DNA of 58,653 bases. It comes from Eubacteriales bacterium (GTDB lineage Bacteria > Bacillota > Clostridia > Oscillospirales > CAG-272). The notes under the pieces were generated by a model. That model was not told the DNA's origin. It did not search any database and was given only the letters and a program-made list of their open reading frames with translations. Position numbers and translations under genes: made by a program. Positions 50,635 to 58,653 of this stretch are shown piece by piece. Location: assembly GCA_045652665.1 (NCBI GenBank), contig JAZRUS010000003.1:1-58653 (forward strand), in the 5' to 3' direction. Every line of letters begins with the position of its first letter. Position 1 is the first letter of the stretch.

Positions 50635-52380
50635 TTACATACCTCGCATTCTGTGTCCTTGTGCATTCTTCTTTGCGCGAATCTCACTGCGCTGACGCTT
50701 ATCGATTCCGTGATAATTAACCTGATGCTCCTTCGAATACATATCCTCGGCTCTCTCCTCAATGATATTACTTGCGTAGTAAAAGAGGTCGCACACTCCT
50801 ATTACTATCTGTGCGTTGACTCCTCGCTCTATCGCTTTGATTGCTTCACTCGCAGGCTCATATCCACTCTCAGCTGCATCGTGCATATACTCTTTTCCTT
50901 TCTCAAAGTCCTCGTACTCGTAGTACAGAAGAAGTCCTACTCTCGTCTTTGTCCACGGATCATTCCTGGCGGATTTCTCAAACCACTCTCTCGCTTCCTC
51001 GCGCTTACCTTCATCAAAAAGCATTTTAGCGAGTGTGTATTCCGCTTGGAAGCTGCCGTGTTCAGCTGCACGCCCCAGGTATTCCTTTGCATCTTCGGGT
51101 GACTTATCCATGAGGAACTTTGCGTATTCGTACTCCGCATATCCGAACTTCGCATCGACAGCTATGCGAAGATATTTCAGCTTTTCTCCGGGTGTTTCGG
51201 TAAACTTACCGTCACGGTAGGCCTTGTAAATGAGATAGGCGGCAACCGCATTTCCTTCTTTTGCCGCCATCTTTAGCCACCACTCTGCTTCATCCATATC
51301 GTCAGTCTTTTCAAGATAATATCTTCCGAGTCTGTAATAACCTATCGGATCATCGTATGCGTTTGCGTAGCGGTAGAGGTAATCAAAATCATCTACATGC
51401 TCCTTTAGCTTAGTGTAATCGTAATCGATTTCTCTATCGGGTTGCTCTCTCGGTGAGTGAATATCACCTGCACATTTGACTACCGAGTTGCGTATGGATT
51501 TGAATTCTTCGTTCTCTTCAATCGAAATTTTATCGGGCATCGTATCGGTATAGTTACGAACAATTTCACATTTATAACCGTACCACGAGTCGTACATTTC
51601 TTTAAGCTGAGGATCATTTCCGAGCATTTTTACGATTTCGTTGACGAGAGATTTCGTATTTTTATCAAGATAACCGTACACCTTTTTGCCCTTATGATTC
51701 TCAAGTCTTTCCGAAAGCAACTGCATTTTTGAAATTAATTCGGGTGTGAATTTGTGTTCACCGGATTTAATTTCCGAGACAAGCTCACGAATACGCTCTT
51801 TGAATTCTGCTTTGAGATCATCTCTGACCTCGGTTTGCTTTTTATAAATCGAGATATTATCTTGCCTGAATATATCTGTTGCGAGAGTTTGTTTGATGTT
51901 ATGAATACCGACTTCAGAGAGATAAGGCTCGCGAGGATTTGCTGACCATATCATCATATGCACGTGAGGATTCTCTTCCTTGTTGTGATAAGCTGCACAC
52001 CAACGAAGATTTTCGGGAGAGATATTCATCTCTTTTGCGATATCGTTCCTGTGAGAACGAATTAAATTCATCCACTGTTCTGCGGTATTATATCCGAGTC
52101 TGTCAGCATCCTCGCGCATAAGTGAGATTATAAATCCCCATACGTTTCCGTTATGATTATCTATTTCATCACTTATTTTTGAGAGATTTATCTCTTCACC
52201 CTCGTCAGAGAACATTCCGTGTGAGCCTCTGCGCTCTCCGATATAACTTGCATAACCGCTTCTGAGAACTTCAACACCTTCACGCTTTGCAATATATTCA
52301 GCGTAACCGCCGCGCGATTGACCTTTGTCGGTTTTGTGTCCGGGTTTATAGTACGGTGTTTTTAAAATCAGCTTTGCCAT
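50635..52380 (-). CDS. relaxase/mobilization nuclease fused to Sel1/TPR-like repeats
   Basis: The N-terminal domain carries YHNKEENPHVHMMIW (an HxxxxxPHxH-type metal motif). The C-terminal ~230 aa hold repeated A..W...AA..G...A motifs (WWLKMAAKEGNAVAAY, EYLGRAAEHGSFQAEY, EYMHDAAESGYEPA). Confidence 0.75.
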   Translation of the reverse strand: MAKLILKTPYYKPGHKTDKGQSRGGYAEYIAKREGVEVLRSGYASYIGERRGSHGMFSDEGEEINLSKISDEIDNHNGNVWGFIISLMREDADRLGYNTAEQWMNLIRSHRNDIAKEMNISPENLRWCAAYHNKEENPHVHMMIWSANPREPYLSEVGIHNIKQTLATDIFRQDNISIYKKQTEVRDDLKAEFKERIRELVSEIKSGEHKFTPELISKMQLLSERLENHKGKKVYGYLDKNTKSLVNEIVKMLGNDPQLKEMYDSWYGYKCEIVRNYTDTMPDKISIEENEEFKSIRNSVVKCAGDIHSPREQPDREIDYDYTKLKEHVDDFDYLYRYANAYDDPIGYYRLGRYYLEKTDDMDEAEWWLKMAAKEGNAVAAYLIYKAYRDGKFTETPGEKLKYLRIAVDAKFGYAEYEYAKFLMDKSPEDAKEYLGRAAEHGSFQAEYTLAKMLFDEGKREEAREWFEKSARNDPWTKTRVGLLLYYEYEDFEKGKEYMHDAAESGYEPASEAIKAIERGVNAQIVIGVCDLFYYASNIIEERAEDMYSKEHQVNYHGIDKRQRSEIRAKKNAQGHRMRGM

Positions 52381-52388
52381 TATTCACC

Positions 52389-52790
52389 TTATTTCATATG
52401 CTCCGAGACTCGCAATATTCCGTTTGTTTCCGAGACGGTTCTCACGCATTCCTTGCGTATCTCTTCGAGCGTATAATCATCGTAGTGATCATACTCACGG
52501 GAGAACAGCACAGCTAACATATCCTGGTCGACCGCTATCTTGAATAGGAGTCTGCGAAGCCTTTCTTCGCTATCTCTTATCTTTGCGCTCATAACCGATT
52601 CGAGTGATGGCAGAAGGAACTTTTGTATATGCTCTTTCTCGAGCCACGCGCAGTAGAAATCTACCGCTTCTCGTATAAATGCGTTCCTTGATCTTTTGCC
52701 GTATTCCTCTGCAAGTCGGTCGCATCTATCCCATTGTTTCTTCGTGAGGCTAACACCTCGTGCTTCTAAATTGTTGTCGTTTTCTTTCAT
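52389..52790 (-). CDS. MobC-like ribbon-helix-helix relaxosome accessory protein
   Basis: VSLTKKQWDRCDRLAEEYGKRSRNAFIREAVDFY. The ATG at 52790 lies behind AAAGGAGA. It sits directly upstream of the relaxase. Confidence 0.6.
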   Translation of the reverse strand: MKENDNNLEARGVSLTKKQWDRCDRLAEEYGKRSRNAFIREAVDFYCAWLEKEHIQKFLLPSLESVMSAKIRDSEERLRRLLFKIAVDQDMLAVLFSREYDHYDDYTLEEIRKECVRTVSETNGILRVSEHMK

Positions 52791-52823
52791 ATAATTTTCT
52801 CCTTTAATTTTCTTATAATTTTT

Positions 52824-53160
52824 CGTGACATACAAACAAGACTTTCGTCTTTCCTTGTCACGCCTTAGTATTTTGTGGGTATCACGCTATAAAGGTCGTT
52901 TGCCGACACCGCGTAGACACTTTTCGCAAATTTAGCGTTATTCCCGAAAAGCCTTACAACGCCTCACAAAATTCTCGCTCGGCATTGCCGTGCGATGTGG
53001 TCTGCCGTGGCAACAAGACACGGCTTTATCCTGCTAAAATAATAGAGACCAAAAAGGTCTCCAAAGCGTCGGAATATTTGGTTCTTTCGAGGTTGATATA
53101 GGCTCGGTTACGGCTCGCTTATTGTTGCGCTCACCGTAGCTTATTTGCGCTCAACCGAGG
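52824..53160. promoter_or_regulatory. candidate oriT / control region
   Basis: 410-bp noncoding gap upstream of mobC. It contains the inverted repeats CGTGACA...TGTCACG (52824-52862), GCCGTG...CACGGC (53003-53030) and GAGACC-AAAAA-GGTCTC (53045-53061). It also contains the direct repeats GCTTATTGTTGCGCTCA and GCTTATTTGCGCTCA, bracketed by CTCGGTT / AACCGAG (53101-53160). Confidence 0.4.
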
Positions 53161-53245
53161 GGTAGACCGTATATGCCTACCCATACTTGATGAGGTGTCA
53201 AAACCTCTTGATTTCTCTGGACTTTTTCAGCTCTAAATGTTAACA

Positions 53246-53578
53246 CTACGACCGTTTTCCACGCATATATTTTTTCATATACTCGCTTCGTTTTCCGGCT
53301 GAGCATCCTTCGCAATATTTCTGGCGGTTGCTTCTCGGTGCGAAGCATTTTCCGCATACAGCACACCTCTTTGCATCCTTTGAGCATAGCTCTGCGTGAA
53401 GGCTTTTGTCTAACGGAAGCACGGCGCGTAGAAAATAATTGCAGTAGATATACTGCTGACTTATAAGCTGCACGCACGCATCGTCGAGAAGAATACAGTT
53501 TCCGTCTGCGCAGTTACAACACTCTTCTCGTATGAGCTTGTGAACCTTTCTTGCCTGGTTGTAATCTAACTTCACCAT
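53246..53578 (-). CDS. cysteine-rich small protein (Cys_rich_VLP-like)
   Basis: CCNCADGNC ... C ... CAVCGKCF ... YCEGC is a pattern seen in Firmicutes conjugative and mobilizable elements. The start is uncertain (53578 or 53641). Confidence 0.55.
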   Translation of the reverse strand: MVKLDYNQARKVHKLIREECCNCADGNCILLDDACVQLISQQYIYCNYFLRAVLPLDKSLHAELCSKDAKRCAVCGKCFAPRSNRQKYCEGCSAGKRSEYMKKYMRGKRS

Positions 53579-53588
53579 ATCCGTTACC

Positions 53589-53804
53589 TTACACTCTGTC
53601 GTATCTCGTTTGCTCTTCGAGCCATTCGAGAAGTCTGTCACGTGGAATAATAGTTCTGCCCTGAACGATTTTCAGCTTCGGAAAATTATCCTCTCGCACG
53701 AGCTCGTAAGCACTCGCACGGGATATGCCGAGCAGATTTGCAACGTCCATCACCGTGAGGAACATAGGCATCTCATCTCGGTTCTTATACATCGATTGCT
53801 TCAT
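53589..53804 (-). CDS. excisionase-like HTH_17 DNA-binding protein
   Basis: FLTVMDVANLLGISRASAYELVREDNFPKLKIVQGRTIIPRDRLLEWL. Confidence 0.7.
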   Translation of the reverse strand: MKQSMYKNRDEMPMFLTVMDVANLLGISRASAYELVREDNFPKLKIVQGRTIIPRDRLLEWLEEQTRYDRV

Positions 53805-54261
53805 TCAGCTTACCTCCTTTCTTTTCAAATTTTTTCATCGCCTGATTGAACCTCGCTCTCGCTTCAGCTTTTCTTAACTGTTCTTCATAGTAGGCTTCCT
53901 CCAACGGCTTGATCGGTTGCAAGGTATATTGCAGGCTGCCGTTGTGAGCGCGACCGTCACGGGTTTTCACCATGGTCGGCTCGGTGTAGATGAAGCCCTT
54001 GCGTTCAAGGCTATCTACATATTTCTTGACGGTATTGTTGCTCATACCGATGGCTTCACCAATCGTAGCGTAGCTCGGATGGCACTGAAAAGTTTTCCTG
54101 TCCTCGCAGTACATGAGGAATGCAAGGAGAGCGATCTCGCCGTAGTCAAGTCCAAGACGGAACACAGCTTTCGGCAGAGGAAAATAATCGCCGGGGTTAT
54201 CTCTGCGTTTAGGATCGTAGTATCTCAAGGCAGTACCTCCTTCGTAAAGTTCTGATTGCAT
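53785..54261 (-). CDS. winged-helix protein (replication-initiator/DnaD-like HTH_36 type)
   Basis: IALLAFLMYCEDRKTFQCHPSYATIGEAIGMSNNTVKKYVDSLERKGFI. Confidence 0.55.
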   Translation of the reverse strand: MQSELYEGGTALRYYDPKRRDNPGDYFPLPKAVFRLGLDYGEIALLAFLMYCEDRKTFQCHPSYATIGEAIGMSNNTVKKYVDSLERKGFIYTEPTMVKTRDGRAHNGSLQYTLQPIKPLEEAYYEEQLRKAEARARFNQAMKKFEKKGGKLNEAIDV

Positions 54262-54373
54262 TTTGAATGTTTTTCATGGTAGTAGAACTCCTTTTATAAA
54301 ATTTAATTTTGATTTGAGAATAAAAAAAGAGTGCCGAGATTTTTTCTCAGCACTCCGTGAGTGATAATTGTTT

Positions 54374-57337
54374 TTAGTTTTCTGTTGGCTTTTGCATCTG
54401 CATGTCCATAATGACATGAGGAAATCCGTAGAGGTTTTCCGTAACGTATCCGTAGGCTGTTTCGGGAGAAGCATCAAGGAACAGAAGCTCGGGATAGGTT
54501 CTTTCGTACATACCCTTGACCTTTTTAAGCATTCGCTTTTCTTTTTCGTAAAGCATACTTGCAAACAGTAGGTGTCTGTACTTTGTTACTCCGTACTTTG
54601 AGTCCTTGCCTTTATCGAGTTCCTTTAGAAGCATACAGAGGATATGCTCATTCTGAATGAGCTTTGACACGGCAGAGAGACAGTTCTCATAAGCCCTTTG
54701 CGCTTTTTCTCTGTATATGAGTTTGTCTGCGCTCTTGGCATGCCTTGCTCTCATAAGCTGCGAGGAGATTTCTTTCTGCGCTTCTTCTACGGCTTTCAGT
54801 ATTTGTTGCTTTTTATGCGTATCGTTAGCACCCGTATCACTTGCATCAAGCTCGAACAGCGACGACAGAGGAACATTTTTTGTTTTCCTGACTTGGCTGC
54901 GGTATTGCTCAACATGATCGTAAACGAAGGACATGGGTGTCATTAGCTCCGCGCTCTCATCTGTGGCAGGGGTTGTATCGTCTGCGGTCATGAAGCGGAA
55001 GAATTCGGGAAGCTTGCCGCCGTGAACTTTCTTATACGCATCCCTCGGCTTTTTGAGGAGCCGCAGTACCTTATCCGTTTTCACCGCATACATACGCTTT
55101 GCTTTGTCGATCTCCATGCCCGAAAGCACAGCGAGCTTGCAGATGTCGTAGTACAGCGGAAGCATTTCCGCAAGGCTTACACCTTCGCTGATTCTATGCC
55201 ATAGCAGGCTGTTGAGGAACTGCGAGAGGTTGACGATATCGCCGATCTTGTTTTCCGCTATCACTCCGTCGAGCCTTGCAAGACCTTTCGGTGTATTTTC
55301 ATATTCGCTCTTGCCGCAGGGTGCTACCGCACACACGGGAACCTTGAAGGTTTCGTATTCGGGTTCGACGGCAGAAAGAAGATGTTGGTTGATGGTTACG
55401 AGCATGGTATCCGAGTCGTAATCACAGCCGTTAAGCCTTTGCTGAATATTGTTGCCGATAGCGTTGACGCAGATGATATTATAGGTGAGATTGAAATACT
55501 TATCTATCTCATCGTAGGCGGTATTCCTTGCAAGGTAGAGATTGCCCATCGTAATGTGAGGGCTTCTCGCACACAGAACGTAGCCGCCGTCCTCATCGTC
55601 AAAGCGCTTGGTGTAGACCTCGTCGCCGTCAAAGAGAAGTGGCTCTGTCGCTTCGTAGCTCTTGTCTATTGTTGCACATAGAAATTCGTAAGGGTTGCCG
55701 AATATCGTCTGATAGTTTCCTTCAACAAGCACTCGTCCGCGCTTGAGCTTTTCCTTGAAGTTTCTGCAGGCTTCGTTTCGGTAGGATTTATAAAAATCGG
55801 TATAAGCGAAATCGTCGCTCCGCGCCATCATATCCACAATGACCTGACTGCGATAGGTTTCCACCGTGATCGGCTTATATTCTCCGTCCGGCTCAAAGGT
55901 CGCCGTCTTTGCGAAGTAACGCAGGTACATGGGATCAGCTTGTATTTTGCCGAGGTAATCAAAGGAGGCATCGAGGAAATATCTCATATACCTTCGGTTG
56001 ATATTCACCGTATTCAGAAGCTGATAATTGGTATACGCCATATTACCGAGCATCGGAGTGGGAAGCTCGTCGGTCTTAACTACGCCGAAGGAGGAAGTGT
56101 TCTTGCCCTCGTACACAGCATCGAGCCACATGCGGAATGCTTCTCCGAGATTCATGTCCTTCGGCATAAATTTCAAGTATTTCACGCTACTCTCTGTGAT
56201 GACGAGCTTGATGTCCTCAACCTTTCGCGCGGTGGTGTAGCCGCCAAGCTGACATATCTGCGTGATGCCCTTATCCTTGAACCACTTTTGAAGATTCGTA
56301 TTGAAGGCGCAGGTCTTGAAGAAGCGGTTACGAAGGAGCATCATAGCCTTGTCGCTATAGCCGTTTTCCTCAAACACGCTCCCATCGAGCAGGGCTTCGC
56401 CATCCCATATCACGTTCCTGATCTCTGCCGTTTCTTCCTTTGCCGATAGACCTTCCTTGGCATCCTCCCTGACACAAACGACGGTGTCGGTGAACACGCT
56501 TTCCCGATCTCTTATGATGAGAATGGCTTTCTTGGGGAGCTTTACGGTGGCTTCAATGCTACTGAGCGTAAGCGCAATATATGCCTGCCACGATGCCTGA
56601 TCCGAAACAGTATCCGCAGAAAGACCGCAGGCACTCCAATCCATCATATCCTGATATAACGGTTCGGCAATGAACAAGCACCTTCCGTCACGGCTACTGC
56701 CTGCGCTTCGCTTATAACGAACATAGTGGATGCCGTCAATGTCAAAGCCGTCCGAATAGAGCGTTTCTCTGATCTCTGCTTTTTTCACAACGGATGGGAT
56801 ATCTCGCTTGGTTCTCCTGTATGCTCGCTTGTCTGCATCGTACACAAAGTATTTGCCGAGGATATCCGCGCCGATAGGTTTCTCCACGGGTGCATAGTCG
56901 GAGCTGCTTTCTTCCCACACCTCAACAGCGATAAGCACGGGAGCGCCGCCCACCGTGCGAACACAGATGTGGTCGGTCATATCCCCATCCGAAACAGAAA
57001 ATCCGTAGCGGACATATCTTTGTCTATGAGGCTCAAATTCCTTTACCGCATAATCGAAGGATACGCTGACGAGAGCGCGAGTGTAGTTTCCGTCCTCGGT
57101 GTAGGCAAAGGGCATCTCTGCCTTGTGCTTCTCATACACCTCGCACAGCTTATCGGTATCAAGGCTTTCGTCAAGGATACCGCCGAAGGCATCGGGGTTG
57201 AGCTTTCCATCCTTTAATGTGCTGTACGGCGCAAGACCGCATCTGCTGTCTGCTCTGCGATAGATCTGACTTCCGTCAAGCGATACGATTCGCAGATTTC
57301 CGTATTCTTTCTTTTCTGCCGTATTCTCGTTTTTCAT
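54374..57337 (-). CDS. 987-aa protein with RdRP / YonO-type two-barrel polymerase signature
   Basis: Residues 586-645 read YVLCARSPHITMGNLYLARN ... NIICVNA ... LNGCDYDSDTMLVT. DYDSD is encoded at 55409-55423 and RSPHITMGN at 55541-55567. A strong RBS and promoter lie upstream. This is the first gene of the element operon. Confidence 0.6.
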   Translation of the reverse strand: MKNENTAEKKEYGNLRIVSLDGSQIYRRADSRCGLAPYSTLKDGKLNPDAFGGILDESLDTDKLCEVYEKHKAEMPFAYTEDGNYTRALVSVSFDYAVKEFEPHRQRYVRYGFSVSDGDMTDHICVRTVGGAPVLIAVEVWEESSSDYAPVEKPIGADILGKYFVYDADKRAYRRTKRDIPSVVKKAEIRETLYSDGFDIDGIHYVRYKRSAGSSRDGRCLFIAEPLYQDMMDWSACGLSADTVSDQASWQAYIALTLSSIEATVKLPKKAILIIRDRESVFTDTVVCVREDAKEGLSAKEETAEIRNVIWDGEALLDGSVFEENGYSDKAMMLLRNRFFKTCAFNTNLQKWFKDKGITQICQLGGYTTARKVEDIKLVITESSVKYLKFMPKDMNLGEAFRMWLDAVYEGKNTSSFGVVKTDELPTPMLGNMAYTNYQLLNTVNINRRYMRYFLDASFDYLGKIQADPMYLRYFAKTATFEPDGEYKPITVETYRSQVIVDMMARSDDFAYTDFYKSYRNEACRNFKEKLKRGRVLVEGNYQTIFGNPYEFLCATIDKSYEATEPLLFDGDEVYTKRFDDEDGGYVLCARSPHITMGNLYLARNTAYDEIDKYFNLTYNIICVNAIGNNIQQRLNGCDYDSDTMLVTINQHLLSAVEPEYETFKVPVCAVAPCGKSEYENTPKGLARLDGVIAENKIGDIVNLSQFLNSLLWHRISEGVSLAEMLPLYYDICKLAVLSGMEIDKAKRMYAVKTDKVLRLLKKPRDAYKKVHGGKLPEFFRFMTADDTTPATDESAELMTPMSFVYDHVEQYRSQVRKTKNVPLSSLFELDASDTGANDTHKKQQILKAVEEAQKEISSQLMRARHAKSADKLIYREKAQRAYENCLSAVSKLIQNEHILCMLLKELDKGKDSKYGVTKYRHLLFASMLYEKEKRMLKKVKGMYERTYPELLFLDASPETAYGYVTENLYGFPHVIMDMQMQKPTEN

Positions 57338-57370
57338 CGGTATCCCTCCTTCCTTGAGATTGTATTTTTT

Positions 57371-57399
57371 ATTTTACCATATTTCACGGCAAAATGCAA
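57371..57399 (-). promoter_or_regulatory. promoter of the element's long minus-strand operon
   Basis: On the minus strand: TTGCAT (57399-57394), a 17-nt spacer, then TAAAAT (57376-57371). An AAGGAAGGAGGG RBS precedes the ATG at 57337. Confidence 0.55.
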
Positions 57400-57664
57400 T
57401 AAATAAGAGATGAACGGCTCACTTTTTTATTCCTACCATATACGCAAAATCACAAATCACCACAAAAAAGCCGAAATCCCTTGAAAAATCGGAGCTTTTT
57501 CGCTTTTATCGCAAACGGCAGAAAAAGAGAAACTGTAATTTTAGGTTGTTTTTTCACGATTCTGTGCAAAGTCTTTGTACAAAAGTGGTCTGTCCTACAT
57601 TTTGGGACAGACCACCATCGGTTGTTGCTTTTCTCGCCGGGCGTTTTCTTTGACTACAGCGATG

Positions 57665-57718
57665 CAAATTTTGAGGGCTGACGGTTGTTTTCCGTCAGCC
57701 CCTGTTGTTACTGTTCTC
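57665..57718 (+). repeat. best-conserved block of the right flanking repeat
   Basis: CAAATTTTGAGGGCTGACGGTTGTTTTCCGTCAGCC... is the partner of 46921-46974. Confidence 0.75.
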
Positions 57719-57735
57719 TTCAACTTGAAAATTGT

Positions 57736-58632
57736 TTATTGTTTGCTTTTTGTTTTCTTGAAGATCGGCTCGTCCGAAGAGCAAAGCCAAGCACCGATAA
57801 CCATTATGCCGAGTGCAATAAAATAGGTGTACCCGGGAAGCCCTCTAAATATGATAAGTGACAGAAGCGTACCGATAAAGGGAGCTATGGCGTAATATGC
57901 GCTCGTTCTCGCCGCACCGAGTAATCTTTGCGCGGAGACGTAGAAAAAGATACTGTGTCCGTATGCAACGCAACCTACTGCCAACACCGCAAGCACGCTC
58001 CAAAGAGTCGTGATTCTCTCGCCGATGCATAAACCTATGATAACAGAACCAAGTCCTGAGAATATGCCTTTTAGTAGCACGATTTCCAAGGGATCTTTTG
58101 CCGAGAGCTTTCTCGTACAGTTGTTCTCAATGCCCCAACAAACACACGCAAGAAGGATAAACAACGAGCCGAAGGAAAATTTGAGGCTTGATATATCCTC
58201 AATCGATAGGAGCGCACATGATGCTGTAACGAACAGAATACCAAACCACAATCTTGGGCTTATTCTCTCCTTGAACACAAGCAATGCGATAAGTGCCGTC
58301 GCTACGATTTCAAAATTATTCAGAAGAGAGGCGTTTGCCGCAGAGGTAAAGGAAAGTCCGAGAAGCAAAAAGATCGGAGCGGCAATATCGAGAATAATCA
58401 TGGCCATCGTGTACGGCAGATCGGCTTTCGTAATTTTTTCTTCCGTCCGTTCCACTTTCTTCGACTTTCGAAACAACGCGATTACGCCCATTCCGAGTCC
58501 TGCGCCAATATACAGAAAGCCCACCATCAACGTTGACGGCATATAATCGAGCAACAGCTTTGAAAAAGGAGAATTTATGGCATACAGTGCCGCCGCCAAT
58601 ACAGCTAACCATATTCCTAAGTCGGAGGCCAA
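57736..58632 (-). CDS. EamA/DMT-family transporter
   Basis: 298 aa with 10 TM segments in two EamA-like halves. The start is a TTG with no clear RBS and an in-frame stop lies 2 codons upstream, so the start is uncertain. Confidence 0.75.
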   Translation of the reverse strand: MASDLGIWLAVLAAALYAINSPFSKLLLDYMPSTLMVGFLYIGAGLGMGVIALFRKSKKVERTEEKITKADLPYTMAMIILDIAAPIFLLLGLSFTSAANASLLNNFEIVATALIALLVFKERISPRLWFGILFVTASCALLSIEDISSLKFSFGSLFILLACVCWGIENNCTRKLSAKDPLEIVLLKGIFSGLGSVIIGLCIGERITTLWSVLAVLAVGCVAYGHSIFFYVSAQRLLGAARTSAYYAIAPFIGTLLSLIIFRGLPGYTYFIALGIMVIGAWLCSSDEPIFKKTKSKQ

Positions 58633-58653
58633 GCGGGCTTAGGAAGACAAATT

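Larger units (their letters stand above)
46742..57735. mobile_element. ~10.7-kb integrative mobilizable element next to tRNA-Pro (outer bounds; exact crossover unresolved)
   Basis: Diverged ~240-260-bp direct repeats (46742-47004 and 57465-57735) bracket two integrase genes, a relaxase, MobC-like, excisionase-like, wHTH and large polymerase-like genes, all on the minus strand. No T4SS genes are present. Confidence 0.75.

Noticed and set aside
15469-58546. Long antisense ORFs inside well-supported genes: 15469-15936, 15952-16518, 24643-25182, 27228-27692, 28429-28815, 32564-33205, 36390-37109, 37706-38152, 39399-39833, 42556-43065, 43195-43947, 45088-45528, 48099-48725, 50040-50609, 50653-51102, 55940-56449, 56726-57217 and 58010-58546
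   Set aside because: Each lies fully inside, and opposite to, a gene with clear family motifs. They lack an RBS and have skewed, low-complexity composition typical of shadow ORFs.

Overview
58.65-kb chromosomal window from a Gram-positive, Clostridia-like bacterium. That assignment is an inference from gene content and order (ctp-greA-lysS, rsmE-prmA-ribF), sigma-A type promoters and CCA-encoding tRNAs. All protein family calls come from reading motifs by eye, not from database searches. I saw no rRNA, CRISPR array or IS transposase.

Layout:
(1) 1-3655: right-hand part of an integrase-bearing element. Its cargo is a three-gene operon with its own promoter: a protein with a PD-(D/E)XK nuclease motif, a 374-aa coiled-coil protein with a Tudor-like C-terminus, and a 66-aa protein. 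This is a candidate undescribed defence-type module.
(2) 3500-4500: tRNA island with Ser-UGA on the minus strand and Leu-UAA plus initiator Met on the plus strand. It also holds partial tRNA copies and an 80-nt inverted repeat whose hairpins covary.
(3) 4448-12161: 7.7-kb element (int, cI-like, cro-like, xis-like, rep-like, iterons) with no virion genes. It sits in the 3' half of tRNA-fMet and is flanked by a perfect 50-bp direct repeat, so it is either a PICI-like satellite or a cryptic mini-prophage. It carries an RHH + Doc/Fic-like pair lacking the catalytic His and a candidate 88-nt sRNA beside the iterons.
(4) 12.9-46.1 kb: core genes. These are an APC permease, ygjV-like, glnA, lysS, greA, an S41 protease, a CdaR-like regulator, rsmE, prmA, ribF, MFS + GDPD, a THUMP methyltransferase, an HtrA-like protease, an AI-2E transporter, an XRE regulator, a flavin reductase and a U32 peptidase. 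The block ends in an envelope cluster: an ABC ATPase fused to a YwaF-like membrane domain, a permease, Ig-like proteins including a 1510-aa Big_3-repeat lipoprotein, and a transglutaminase-like protein.
(5) 46279-46741: triplicated tRNA-Pro transcription unit in which only the third copy is intact.
(6) 46742-57735: about 10.7-kb integrative mobilizable element. It carries two overlapping tyrosine recombinase genes, a relaxase, a MobC-like protein, an excisionase-like HTH and a wHTH protein. Its first and largest gene (987 aa) carries the RxPHxxxGN ... DYDSD signature of cellular RdRP / YonO-type two-barrel polymerases. This is my top candidate for something new.
(7) 57736-58632: EamA/DMT transporter.
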